DNA of 64,000 nucleotides from Callorhinchus milii (lineage: Eukaryota), in NCBI RefSeq assembly GCF_018977255.1, contig NW_024704743.1, forward strand, positions 58,716,001 through 58,780,000. Reading direction: 5' to 3'. Positions 1 through 13,030 of this stretch are shown here, in pieces. The translations under genes and the position numbers were made by a program. The number at the start of each line of letters is the position of its first letter. Within the stretch, counting starts at the first letter, position 1. The notes under the pieces were generated by a model that saw only the letters and a program-made list of their open reading frames with translations, made no database searches and was not told the origin of the DNA.

Positions 1-17
1 TTAAATTGCTGCTGAAA

Positions 18-165
18 AACTATGTGCCGTGTTGGACACCACATTATAGCAACATTAGATATTCAAGCTAATGGAGAGGATGCAGGGTAGATTCATGATA
101 TCAGAAATGAAAGGATGTAGCTATGAGGACAGGTTAACAGTCTTTCTGTTGGGGCAAAGAAGGTT
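18..165 (+). mobile_element. CR1 LINE ORF2 3' fragment (decayed)
   Basis: Similar to the CR1 copy at 39560-40320 (ggagaggatgcagggtagattc..., agctatgaggacagg). Confidence 0.7.
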
Positions 166-167
166 TT

Positions 168-470
168 GGAGTCCTGCAACGCAGTCTTGGGACATCATCC
201 CGATGTGAAAGGCGCCATACAAATGTAATTTTGTATTGCGTATTCTATTGCAGTGGTTTGCACGCTCACCTCGCAATTGAGGGAACCAAGTTTGGATTCC
301 CAGGCAGGCTTCCTTACTCCACGTGCCTCTGTTTATCTAGCAGTGAGTAGGAACACAGTTATTAGTTGATGGCAGATCACTTTCCAGGAGTAATAATCCC
401 TAAAAAAAATTGGTCACTCAATCCACGACTGTTTGTGTGACACTGCTGTGCAAAATTGGCTCCCACGTTT
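168..470 (+). mobile_element. tRNA-headed SINE interrupted by an L2 tail (186-249)
   Basis: Head ggagtcctgcaacgcagt...ggattcccaggcagg; body gcctctgtttatctagcagtgagtagg; L2 tail flanked by a gcagt duplication (181-185 / 250-254). Confidence 0.8.
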
Positions 471-1101
471 TAAAAATTAAATTAAAAATTAATTCAACAA
501 ACATATGAGATTAGGACGGATGGTTTCTTGCAGGAGAAAAATGTTCACAACACTCAACACTCAAAGGAAAATAGCTTTAACATCTCATCAGATGTGAAAG
601 ATACAAGAAAATCTTCCTATAATGATTTAATGTACTACAGATCCTTCCATTCAATACTAAAGTATTCAAATCTGAATAACCGTATTGGCAACATTACATG
701 TAGGGCAGAAACAAAAAAGATGGATTTAATGGAATGCAACTGCCTCTTGTTATTTTGGGGACTTGACTGAGTACTGATTCTCCTCCAAAAGTATCCCAGT
801 TTATTCCATAAGATGACATTCTTGTCTCTATTTTATATTTGTGCTTTATCTTGTAGGTCACTTGTGAAAAGTTATCCTTTTTGTTACTGAAAGTAGGTCA
901 TCTCTACACCCTCCAAGTGTCTTGTGAAGTAGATATTGGGCAATTCAGGCTTGTAAAGGAAAATCTTACCACATACAGCAAGAAGTATCGCTTTCTTAAG
1001 TTATCAACAACCAGAACAAGAAACATTATTGAGCCACAATACTGGGCTAATTTCAGAAATGGCCTCAAAGGGAAAAATACATTTGATATCCCAGAAACAG
1101 A

Positions 1102-1535
1102 ATAATAATAATCCTTGCATTTGACAAATCACTATTCATGTTAGGAGGACGTCTCAAACTGCTTCACAGGATTTACTGTAAAGTGTAGTGTTTGTATATT
1201 TGTAGACAAATGCAGCAACTAATTTATACACAGCAATGTCATACAAACAGCTATGAACTGAATCATTCATTTTATCTGGGAGATTGTTGGGCAGGACACC
1301 GGGAGAAATTCCCTTCCCTTTTTGGGTAGTGACACAGAATCTTTATTGTCCACCGGGATACACTGGACTTCAGTTTTAATCTTCCATTGGACGGTCGGCA
1401 CCTCCAACAATACACTGCTTGCTCAGCATGGAATCGGATTGTCAGAAAAGACTATGTGATTTCAAAGGCTCATGTGGATTTGAACCCACAACATTCTAAC
1501 TAAGAGGTGAAAGTTGAGCAATTGACCCAGGCTCT
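1102..1535 (-). mobile_element. DeuSINE (SacSINE1-like)
   Basis: Reverse complement has a tRNA-like B box (gtgggttcaaatc), Deu-domain sequence (gttggaggtgccg, ggtggacaataaagattc, cccggtgtcctg) and an L2-type tail ending gcaaggattattatt. Confidence 0.75.
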
Positions 1536-2496
1536 GAGATCAGATGGGCCAAGTGGTTTCTTTATCCAAACTTCTTGTGAATTTGTGAACGATAAACATG
1601 GACTCTAAAATTAAATGCGGATTACAAGAGGGCGTAAAACTTTGGTTAAATGAATCTAGACAAAGACTCCAGAGTCCTGCAGATAACTAGATTTACCTCG
1701 ATTCAAACCGATCACCAATAGGTTCACTTGACTTGCCCATACAGTTGCCATGCTATTGTCCACATAGATGCTGATATTGCTTCCCATACAGGTTTCTTGT
1801 ATTTGTATACATTACATTTTGTCATTTCTACAATGCAACCATATCAATCTTCATACTTTTATCTTTGCAGCAAACTTTTAGCCAATGTAAAGCCAATTGC
1901 TTTGGAATTAGCTTCCACATTCAAAGGAAACACTGACATTCAGGAGGAAGGGAAAAACTGGTTTAAAATAAAGCGCTTTCGGTAGTTGAGACATATTGGG
2001 TTAGATAGTATAAATAGAAAAAGGTTGGTGACGAAAGACAAAATAGAGAAAAGCTGAGATAACAACTAGCAAATGTAAAATATTTGAAGATCGAGTTTTT
2101 TTTAGTTTAGGGTAAATATTGCAATACAAAGCTACTGCTGTCATTTTAGTTACTATATGACTCGTGCTGTGTTTATTATTACTGCACTACTCTTCATGAC
2201 AAATCGCTACTATTTTCAGTGATTCAAGAAGAAAACTGCAGCATAAATCTAGGTTCAGCCCTACTGCTGAGAGCACCTGGAAGAGGTGATTTCAGCAGCA
2301 GATTGTTCAGAACCACTCTATGATCTCCAGCGGTGATTCCCAATAGCCCTTTGAAAAAATGTGGGTGGTCTAATGGATTGTGTGATAGTGTCTTGAGCAA
2401 CAATAAAAATGCATGTGCTTAGTTACGAACATGATTGTTTATTTGCTTAGTTATGGTTTATTTGCTCGTTTCTTAACAACCCAGATCTATGCTGGG

Positions 2497-2998
2497 ATTT
2501 CTTTTTGGTCAGCTGGATGTCATACATGCGGAAACCTATCACCATGCTTAGAAGTATTCAAGCCAGACAGAAATCCACATATGAGTGTCACTTACACATG
2601 GAAGTTTTTCTGAGTCTGGATTGGAATGTGCCCTCTTGTCCCAAAGGGATGCATTGTGTTTATTTAATTCTGGAAAGCATTGGGCACAGATTGCAAGAGC
2701 CAAAGTTTGGTTTGGTGGGGTTAACCAGCTAAAACAGCATGGCTTGTCCAGCTAGGACTATCCTACCCATTAGGACTTTGATCTTCATGGGTAACAGGAG
2801 CCAAGTAGAAGAATACCTGCCCCCAGTGCCTGGTCTGTCCCTGCAAGTCCCACTGACAAGCCAGAGAGTACTGCAGCCTAGTACAAAGACTGCCACAGCG
2901 GATTGAATCGATTCCAACAATACTTTGCCAAGTACATCCAGCTCAGCTCAAAGAAGACCCTGCTTAACTCTACCCACCCTCCCTTGAGGAGGACACGG
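2497..2998 (-). mobile_element. Unclassified non-coding interspersed repeat (family X), near full-length copy A
   Basis: Shares gaaacc(c/t)atcaccatgctta, gggatgcat...taattc(c/t)ggaaa, aaccagctaaaac and caggag blocks with copies at 3258, 7665, 14335, 16855 and 18444. Confidence 0.75.
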
Positions 2999-3039
2999 AG
3001 AAAAATATAAATCATTCTTTCAACACTTTTTTCTACTCC

Positions 3040-3670
3040 ATATTGCACTTATGAGGAGAGATGAGAAACAAGAGCTGTTTTCATTGGGAAAGAGATGATT
3101 GAAAGAAGATGTTCAACATTATGAACTGGTCTGGGAGATGGAGTTAGAGTAAATACATTTTAAAAGAAAGGGAGAGTTTAGAAAACTTTTTAAAAAAAAG
3201 AGGGTCATTAAGATATGGAATACTTGATTGGCAGTTGATGCAAAAACTAGAATAGCTTTTTGTCAACCGGGTGTTTGACACTTTCGGAAACCCATCACCA
3301 TGCTTAAGAGTATCTAAACCAAGCTGGTAGGTAGGTAGGTAGGTAGGTAGGTAGGTAGGTAGGTAGGTAGGTAGGTAGGTAGGTAGGTAGGTAGGTAGGT
3401 AGGTAGGTAGGTAGGTAGGTAGGTAGGTAGGTAGGTAGGTAGGTAGGTAGGTAGGTAGGTAGGTAGGTAGGTAGGTAGGTAGGTAGGTAGGTAGGTAGGT
3501 AGGTAGGTAGGTAGGTAGGTAGGTAGGGTTAGAGTTTCACGGATCAGTTTTAAAGCATATCAAATATTTGAAGAAGAGACGAAACAGGGGAATTTGTTTT
3601 AGAGAGCCAGCCCAGGCATGATGACCCGAATGGCTGCCTTCTGAGGTATAGAAGTGTACAGTTCTATAAT
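3040..3670 (+). mobile_element. CR1 LINE 3' fragment interrupted by a family-X end (3258-3325) and a (GGTA)n microsatellite
   Basis: CR1-like ttatgaggagagatgag...; 3' tail ggcatgatgacccgaatggctgccttctg...ttctat resembles the tail at 40250-40320. Confidence 0.6.
3326..3525 (+). repeat. (GGTA)50 perfect tetranucleotide microsatellite
   Basis: 200 bp of uninterrupted GGTA. Confidence 0.97.
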
Positions 3671-4033
3671 TCAAGAGTACTGCTTCAGCAGCAGAAAAAA
3701 TAATAATAATCCTAGCATTTGATGTAGCGCCTTATCACATCATTGAGACGTTTCAAAGTGCTTCACAGAATATACTGTAAAGTGAGTTGACTGTATATAT
3801 GGGAAAAATAAGGTATTAAATATTAATCTTTGTTTCAGTAAACAAGGATGCTGAACCTAAAACTTTTTTTAAAGAAATTATAATGTAATTTCTTGCATTT
3901 GATATGGCACAATTTAGTGAGGGTGTATTTTGAGGGTGGGCACATAGCAATGGCCCACAAATAGCCGTGAATTGAATTACGAATCTGTATCTAACCTCTC
4001 CTTTAATTATTGTGATGATTATCTTGAATTTAT

Positions 4034-4422
4034 ATCACTCCCAATCTTGCCCGACTCCACTGGCTCCCATCCCTCAGAGGATCGAATTCAAGATCCTCGT
4101 CCTCACTTTCAAGGCCATCCATCTGGTCTGCTCCACATCTCCCGCCCTACCATCGGTGGCCGGGCTTTCAGCCTCTCTGCCCCCACACTCTGGAAATCCA
4201 TCTCACGGTCCCTTCGCCTCACTTCCTCCCTTGCCTCCTTCAAGGCCGGTCTCAAGACCCTCCTCTTCGATCGTACCTTCAGTCACCCTCCCACCTCTCT
4301 GCCTTCCTTCATCCCTACCCCACCCCTCCCCCATGCTCGGATCCTGACCCCTGACTGTCCAGTGCCTTGGGACGTCCTCCCGACTTGAAAGGCGCTCTAT
4401 AAATGTAATTTTGTTATTGTTA
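4034..4422 (+). mobile_element. L2 LINE 3' end (ORF2 C-terminus + tail)
   Basis: Frames encode L2 motifs RIEFKILVLTFKA and GGRAFSLSAPTLW...FKAGLKTLLF; tail gtgccttgggacgtcctcccgacttgaaaggcgctctataaatgtaattttgttattg. Confidence 0.9.
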
Positions 4423-5934
4423 CAGCCTCTCATTACTGACTGTCCAACCAGTAGAAATAACAAACATTTAAGGTGCTTAAGAAAGTTTCTAAAATGTTTT
4501 GCATTCTGCAGGATTGTTGGAAATGGATTAACAATCTGAAGGAGTGGCTGCAAAATAGTAGCATACAAAGAAACACAAACATTTACTTGATTTGTAAATA
4601 GTAATAACAACCTTGCATTTGATATACACCATAACGTGTCATCAAAACATCTAAAAAAATTTCACAGGATTTTACTGTAAAGTGCAGCGACTGTATATTT
4701 TGTAGGCAAATGTGGCCGCCAGTTTGCACACAGCATTGTACCACAAACAGTCACTTGAACTGCATAGAATAGATTAGTTTGTGTCCCTCATCAACTGTAG
4801 CAGGGTTGCTTAATTTCTAGTAAATCTATAAAACAAACTGTTGCCATTTCTAGTAGGGTCCCAATTATCAGTATCTCCACAGATGAGCCCTCTTCTTTGT
4901 GGTCGGCCATGTCTATTTCTGAGGATATAAACAAAGCGATCCATAGGAAGACATTGAAATGTTTGGTAAGGAAGATCCAATAAAAATAACTGAAGATGTC
5001 ATGCCCAGCAGTCAGAATCCACACTGCTGCTGAGTAGACAGAAGACCTTTCACCTGTCATAGGGCCTTCTGTGGGATGCAGCATGTAAGACAGATGGTCT
5101 GAAACAATAGAGTACATCATCCAGAAGAGGCAGACACTGGCCTTTCCCCTAGCCAGGTCCTGGAGGAAGATATAGACCTGTTTTGGCAGGCCATGAATAT
5201 TGTCAATGTCAGTGCAGTGTGACATAGTTTCATTGCATAATATGAATGGATTTGGGCTGGGCATGACTGGTAGAACAGATTGACTCTCCTTTGAAGTGTC
5301 CTGACTGCGTATCTGTAGGGAAATGTGATGCATCTAGCCTATGGATGATCCTGATCCTTCATCATTTTAATGTTCAGTGGACAGTATAGTGTAAATCTTA
5401 TAAAGCAAACTGTTGCCAAATTCTATTGCATCAAATCTTGATAAAATACAATTATTCCCCTAAGTATATATTTATAATTTTAGTGTTATTGTGGTGCATA
5501 TTGTTTCAGTACTGTACAAAATTATTGTAGCAATAAATACAATGGATAAACATATTTTGGGCTATTTATTTTAAATTACTCAAGTTGTCATATAAGTTGA
5601 AACATAATTTACCTGCAATATTCTTTAATTATTGAAGTAAAATACATGTATTCTTCCCAATTCTATTTCCAATGTCTTCTTTATATTCCTCCAAGCCAGG
5701 CTTTCAAACCCAATTTATATGTACATTAGAATCCTTCAGCCTGGTGGCTGGCTGTAACTGTTGACTCTTTATGAAGCCAAAATCAGTCTGAAATTTAAGT
5801 ATCACTTTCATACGCAGGGAATCGATTCTTGAATTTCTCTTGCCCTCTTGATCAGGTTACAAGAAAATGAACCGTCATCTGATTTGTGATCCTCCTCTCA
5901 TCTCCAGCCTCCACTAAAGTTAACTTTCTTATAT

Positions 5935-6230
5935 TTTTGTATTCTACTGCTCATTCCCCAACCTTTCTGCACCATCATCAGTGGACTTGCCTTTAGCCAC
6001 TCTGCCCTCGCTGTAACTCCCTGCCTCAATCCCTCCACTTTATCCCTTTTTATCTTATTTTTAAATTTGTTGGTGTTGTTTAAATCCCACCAGGACACCT
6101 ACTTCTTCGACCGTGCCTGTGGTCACCGCCCCTTTATTCCTTACTTGGTGTCTAACCCTGCCACTCTACAACGCTCCAAGACATTATCCTACCAGAACCT
6201 TGGTATACAAATGCACATCGCTGTTGTTGA
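5935..6230 (+). mobile_element. L2 LINE 3' fragment (older subfamily)
   Basis: caccatcatcagtggacttgcctttagcc...cttcttcgaccgtgcctgtggtcacc...tatacaaatgca...gttgttg. Confidence 0.7.
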
Positions 6231-7664
6231 TGGATGACATGGAGTGGATCAGCTGTAACAGCCCCACACAGTGAAATAAGCATAACAAGCATGGGATTGT
6301 AAAATCTATATTTGCTAAATCTATACTGCAACTAGTCTTTCATTTTGGCAAAGCATTACAGTAGAATTTGCTCATATACGGAGCTTTTGTCAATCTTCCT
6401 TCTTCCAACATTCTCACTGCTTAAAAAACACACCTCCTTGTATTATTCGTTATTCTAACTCATCTTCCTTTCCTTGTGTTACAAATACCTGACAAACAGG
6501 AAATTGTAAATCCAAGGTGGTGGACTATTTAAGGGTACAAAAGCATTTTTGAAGCTTTGTGATAATTCCATATTGTAAATGTAAAATAATGATCATTTTT
6601 AATTATTGAATTATTAAGGTGGCAAAACCCGATTAAGGGAGCCTTGACTTGTGACAGAGTCATTATTTGCTCCATACAACTATTTCATTTGCATGTTGTA
6701 ATATCTCTGCATGGAGGCACACCAGAAAATGTAAAAGATAAACACTCAAAATCCTGACTGAGCTCCTCAAAAATACCTGTAATATTTACATTTAGAATCC
6801 AGAGTCTGTCCGGCAGTGGATTTCCAAAGAATCATCTCAATTGCTTGTTACAAGGTTAAAATCTGATTTTAGATGATGCAACGTTCCCTGCACTGTTAGC
6901 ACAAGCCTGGTTGTTACTATACCATGGTGGAAGATTAAATTGCAAGGCCAAATGCTTTGTCAGTAATTTGGAGGTTAGAATGAATAGTTAATTTTTAGCT
7001 CATTTGAATCTCCAAAAAAAACAAAATAGTAACGCAGACAAGAGTACCAGTTAAGAATGTAAAGCATTAACACTTTTGATATCACTAATTTTACCAAACT
7101 GAGTAAATCACTAAATGATATGCTAAATGAAAACTATATTCATTAGCTTAATGCCGTTCTGAATGAGACTAATCACCATTTCATCTTTGCAGTTTCCAAA
7201 TAGCAGCTACAATGGACCTTTCCAGAGGCCCATAATCGCAATGAAATTTAATTACAAGCAGATCCACTGTCAAATGCAGAGGAGAGCTATTAAGTGTTTA
7301 TAAGTTAAAGTATTACAAGTTTTCTTTCAACAGCCACAAACCATAATTTTAATAACCGGTGAGTCTGTGGTTCACTAGCATTTAAATTATGACCAGTTTT
7401 TAATTGTGGAAATAGGGATTTGAAAAATGGTGGCTGGTGACAACTACCCGGCAGATGAGGTTTCACACCATGTTGGACATTTTCTCTAGTATAAGTGGAG
7501 GAAACAAACAATTGTAGAGAAATTGCTCCTCCCTGCACCACACTGGTCAGTGGGCTGAGTGCATTTGTGTGGTTGAGCAGTCTTTGCTTCCCGCTTCCTC
7601 CATACAATCAGTGCACCCTGGAACATCTATTATTTTGTGAGAAATTGTAGTATAGTATATTACT

Positions 7665-7928
7665 GTTGTATGTGGTTTTAGCTGGTTAGACTCCAGCAAT
7701 ACCCCAACACACACACACATTCTTGCCAATGTAGGCCTAATACTTTCCAGAATTAGGTAAGCGGGATGCATCCCTACAGGGAGAGAGTGTGCATTTCATT
7801 TCAACAATCTATCTCTGAGATTTCCATGTGTAGGTGGAGATGCATGGAAATCTCAGTTTGCTTTTGATACTCTTAAGCATGGTGACGGGTTTCTGTATGT
7901 GTCAGACATCCAGTCGACCAAAATAAAT
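7665..7928 (+). mobile_element. Family X repeat, 5'-truncated copy C
   Basis: ttttagctggttagactccagc...gaattaggtaagcgggatgcatccc...gatactcttaagcatggtgacgggtttc...gtcgacc followed by an A-rich run. Confidence 0.75.
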
Positions 7929-8939
7929 TGCATATAACATTTATATTTCAGACATTTTCCTGCTATTGAGTTACTTCTATAAATAAAACAATTACAGAAA
8001 ATTACAACAGACTTAGATTTTGCATTAATTTATATTTCAAGTTAATTATCATCACTTACTCACCATCTGCAAGATAACTGCAGGTTCAAACATCTTCTGC
8101 ATCATTATCTTCTATGGAAGCAAATTAACGGGTTAGAAAAAATAACTGACATGTAATTAAAGACTCCCGATGTTATACTGGGGAAAAAGAAACATTTAGT
8201 CATTCAATGTTTACATGTTTCAAGAAATTCTACTCCCATAATGTTTTAAGTTCAAAAATGCTTGTGCAGTGAATCTACATTAAATGAGATCTTCACTACC
8301 AAGAATAAGTAGTGGATTCCTCTGCCATTGTTTCAATTTAAACATGCCTGCCTACAAAATACACAGTCACAACATTTTATATCACGGAAAGCATTTGGTT
8401 ATTATTTTAAAACAATTTTGAATCCCCCAATTTTTCTAGTTTTACAATGTAAGATTATACAGAAGTTTGGTAACTTCTGAAATTCAGACTTAATTTGCAG
8501 TTCTCAAAAAGAACAGTCTTCCAAATTAAGAATGAATTTAAGACATTTCTAATATTGGGGAAATGTTCTTCAGTTTTAAAACAATGGTCTGAAGGCTAAG
8601 ACCATGAGAATATTTGAGCCTCTGTAATGCTATCATGAACAATGTACAGCACCAAAAACATTTTCACTTTTTTTAAAGCATTATTTCCGTGGCTTGTCAT
8701 TTGCTATTTTGATTGAATTCTCCAGTTTCTACATTCACTAATAACCTCCCATTTAGAAATCAACCAGCAAAGGCTTTCACTTGCTGTTATATTATACATT
8801 AGTTTCCAACCTAACAAGCCTTATGTGTTCTGAATATCAAAATGCTATTGTGATGATCTCACCTTACTAACAGAAGTTATAAAGTTGTTTTATACTGGTT
8901 ATGAGGAGATTCTAGCAGCTTTGAATATTGAATTCAAAT

Positions 8940-9166
8940 ATTCTCTTTGACCGTGCCTTCAGCTCCCCTCTCGACTCTCTTCCCCCTTCTCGCTCCCTCC
9001 CATCCCTCCCCTCACCCTGACCATTTCCCCCCTCCTCGCTCCCTCCCTTCCCTCCCCTCACCCTGACCATTTCCCCCCTGCTCGGGTCATGACCCAACTG
9101 TGCAGTGCCTTGGGACGTCCTCCTGACGTGAAAGGCGCTTTATAAATGGAATCTTGTTGTTGTTGT
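8940..9166 (+). mobile_element. L2 LINE 3' tail with an internal ~28-bp duplication
   Basis: ctctttgaccgtgccttcag...gtgccttgggacgtcctcctgacgtgaaaggcgctttataaatggaatcttgttgttgttg; ccctcccctcaccctgaccatttccccc occurs twice. Confidence 0.85.
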
Positions 9167-9189
9167 CTTGTTGAATTGAGGTCAAGATA

Positions 9190-11158
9190 AATGCATTTTA
9201 AAAAAATCATTTATTAAAATATTTGTATATTGTGAAAGTGTGTTTGCAAGTCATTACCCTGTGTCTTCTCCGTTCCCTCAACCTTGCCATCTCCTCAGAA
9301 CTGTCATTGAGGACTAGAAGCGTTCTGCCACAGCTGGTATTGGCATCAATGTAATCACAAAGCCATTTGACTAGCTTGTCATATGCAGAGCATAAACTCA
9401 TAGGATTTGTCCAATTACATCACTGAATGCAGGGAAAATATGCAGAATAAAAAGGGTCATTTTTAAAAATATCGGAATATTAAGTTGTAGTTTGTTCTCA
9501 TTTGTCTTACTATTGTGCTCAAGATCAATTATTTGATCACCATTAAAATGATAACACATTGGAGTCTAATTTTTAAGAGGCGCAAGTTAATTTATTTCTC
9601 TTCTTCAGTTAACTGGATGTGTCAAAGTCTGACCCATTGGAATTCCACTCTGGTGTCTGGTGATGCTGATCTGTGGGCAGTGGGATCCTCTTTTAGCTTC
9701 ACAGTGGCAGAGACAAGATCCATGTCAGTGCAAAGTTCCAGCAGCTCAATTTCCAACACTTCCGAACAAGTGCAAGAACACCAGTTGCAAAGCAATTAAC
9801 GACTCTTACAAATTATACCGAATGTGTAATTTATACCCAATGTGTAAATTATACCAAATGTGTAAAGTGACACTGTTTCATAGCCATTTGTGATGGCATA
9901 ATTTGAACAGAGGTTTCTCTCTTATTGGCACATTCATTCTTATGTATCTGGCCATTCTAAAATTGATTAAATAGAAATTCAGCATTAAATAACTTTTTTA
10001 GATTCATCCAACTTTTCCCTTGAAATTAACAATCGTATAGAACGATTGTAAAGGCTCTGAATCATTCTTTTCTCCCATCTCACCTGGCTATTGTATTTTT
10101 TAGCATGTTTTTACAACCATGAATAATTGAGTGGAAGATATCCTGCTCAAAGAGAACAGATCAATGATGAATCAACCCATGTCAAGACTTAAAAATTTGC
10201 AAGTCTGCAATGTCTACATAAAGTTGATATGGATCTGCAACTATAAATGAAGGCCTGGACCTCAAAGCATTGATTGGGGATTGTGTACTGCACTTTTACG
10301 ATTTGTTTTGAGGTGTTCTGAGAATGCAATTACCTTGGAAAACACAGCTGGATTCATGATGGTCAACTTTGGTGGTGACAATATGACAATAGCTGCCATA
10401 GTGTCATTGGGCAACAATCATTTACCACAGAAATAAATACTGTAAATATTATTTAGAATCCTTACAACTGATACGACGCTTTATCACTTTACTGTAAAGT
10501 GAGGTGGCTGTGTGTATTTTGTGGGTGAAATGATCATTTTACAATTCTGTGGATAAATAGCTGCATCTGCCGTAACATTGATGCTAAATGTTTGTTCTGA
10601 ATGGAAATTTGTGTTTGTTTCAGAGTACACAACTTACATTTGGATCTCGTCCTGGATTGGATGTCCCTGTGTCTCAACATTCATCCCTGAAAATAAAACT
10701 CCTTGGAAAAGGCTGTGATAATTATTAAAGTGATATAATTGGAGTATATCCAAATTTTCAAACTGAAATCTTTCAGTATTTTATTCCTATTTACATATAT
10801 TTCCAGAAATAAAATACTTTAATACAGATGATGAGTAATATGGTATATGTCTACCTCTTAAATTGTTCTTCCAATAGTCAGCTCACCAGGTACATTAATC
10901 TCAATAATTGGTTTGTACATGAGTTTGTTGTAAGCTAGAACAGCTACACAAATAAAACGTTATTCTTCATTTCATTTGTTCTTTAAACCATAAACAAGCA
11001 GAGAGACAGTTACAAGATAATGTTCATAGGTAGCTCAAATAACACTGGATAAACTATATACAGTACAAACCATTCATACAAATGAAGACTAGGATATAGA
11101 ATTCATTACAATAACATAATTACAATAACCCTTTTCTCAGATTTCAACCACCTCACCC
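9190..11158 (-). other. NXPH1: Probable NXPH1 3' UTR with candidate poly(A) signals at 10785-10780 and 9215-9210
   Basis: Repeat-poor, AT-rich sequence after the stop codon. AATAAA on the minus strand at both positions (tttatt on plus). The true end needs transcript data. Confidence 0.45.
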
Positions 11159-11920
<762 letters not shown>

Positions 11921-12459
11921 CTAGGATTAAAAGAAATAAAAAAAGTCACGTATGAGTTTTTTTAAAAGAATAAATATAAAGATAACCAGTCACAACTGCA
12001 ACCCTTATGGAGACAACCACATTCCTACCACAATAAATATTGAAATTTAACATAAAGCCCGATATTTCTCATAATTTTAGCCTCAAGTCATTTGTCCATG
12101 AGTTTTTTTTCACAAAATTGGTTTGGATGAAGAAAGTCTTTTGGCCCATCCAACCTTTTCCTTTCAGAACACCCCCCGCCCCACCCCTACCTCCATCACA
12201 GCATCAATTTGCTTTTTAAATTAGTCCAATGTCTTGGCCTCATCCACCCTTCCTGGAAACCAATCATTGATTACCCTCTGAGTAAAGATATTGGACCTCA
12301 TATATCATATTACAGGTATCTACAGGTCTGAAAGCAAACAGTGCTAGCTCACAGGGACAAGGGCCCCACTGCCAGCATAGTCCCTCAAAAAAAATCATTC
12401 AATCCACGACTATTTGTGGACACAAACAGTGCTCGGTAGCAGTAGGTAAGGCAAACTGG

Positions 12460-13030
12460 AGACTGGATTGTATTAAAAGGGCAATATTGAGCCGAAATAC
12501 TGGTGTAATCTGCAACTTTATAAATCACTGGTGCAATCGCACTTGGAATACTGTGTGCAGTTCTGGTCACCGCAGTACAAAAAGAATATTGCAGCGATTG
12601 AGAGGATACAGAGTTGGGCAACCAAAATGATTGAGGGGATGGAGGGACTAGACTATGAGGAGAGATTAGGGAAATTGGGCATGTTCACACTGGAAAAAAT
12701 GTTGAGGGGTGATATGATTACAGTCTTTAGATTCTAAAGGGACTTGATAATGTAGACCACAATAAGCTGTTTTATCTTGTACTGAACAATAGAACCAGAG
12801 GACACGGCCTGCGATTGAAGGGGGGTAAATTCAAAACAAATCTGCAGAAACACTTTTTCAGTGAGTGAGTAGACGGTGAAAGCAGAAAATTTTGATTCTT
12901 TCAGCAACAAATTAGATACATTTCTATAAGGAAATAATATCTTGGGATACGATATATAGTTTGGGACCTGACATGTCAAGATGAACTGGATGGACCTCGG
13001 ATTTTCGCCCAGCATATTCTTATGTTCTCA
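12460..13030 (+). mobile_element. CR1 LINE ORF2 C-terminal fragment + 3' UTR
   Basis: ORF 12531-12737 HLEYCVQFWSPQYKKNIAAIERIQSWATKMIEGMEGLDYEERLGKLGMFTLEK is a CR1 ORF2 C-terminal motif. Confidence 0.9.

Noticed and set aside
9810..9867. Three ~17-18-bp tandem units (aaattataccnaatgtgt) as a CRISPR-like or functional array
   Set aside because: Adjacent repeats without spacers in vertebrate DNA; a simple local tandem duplication.
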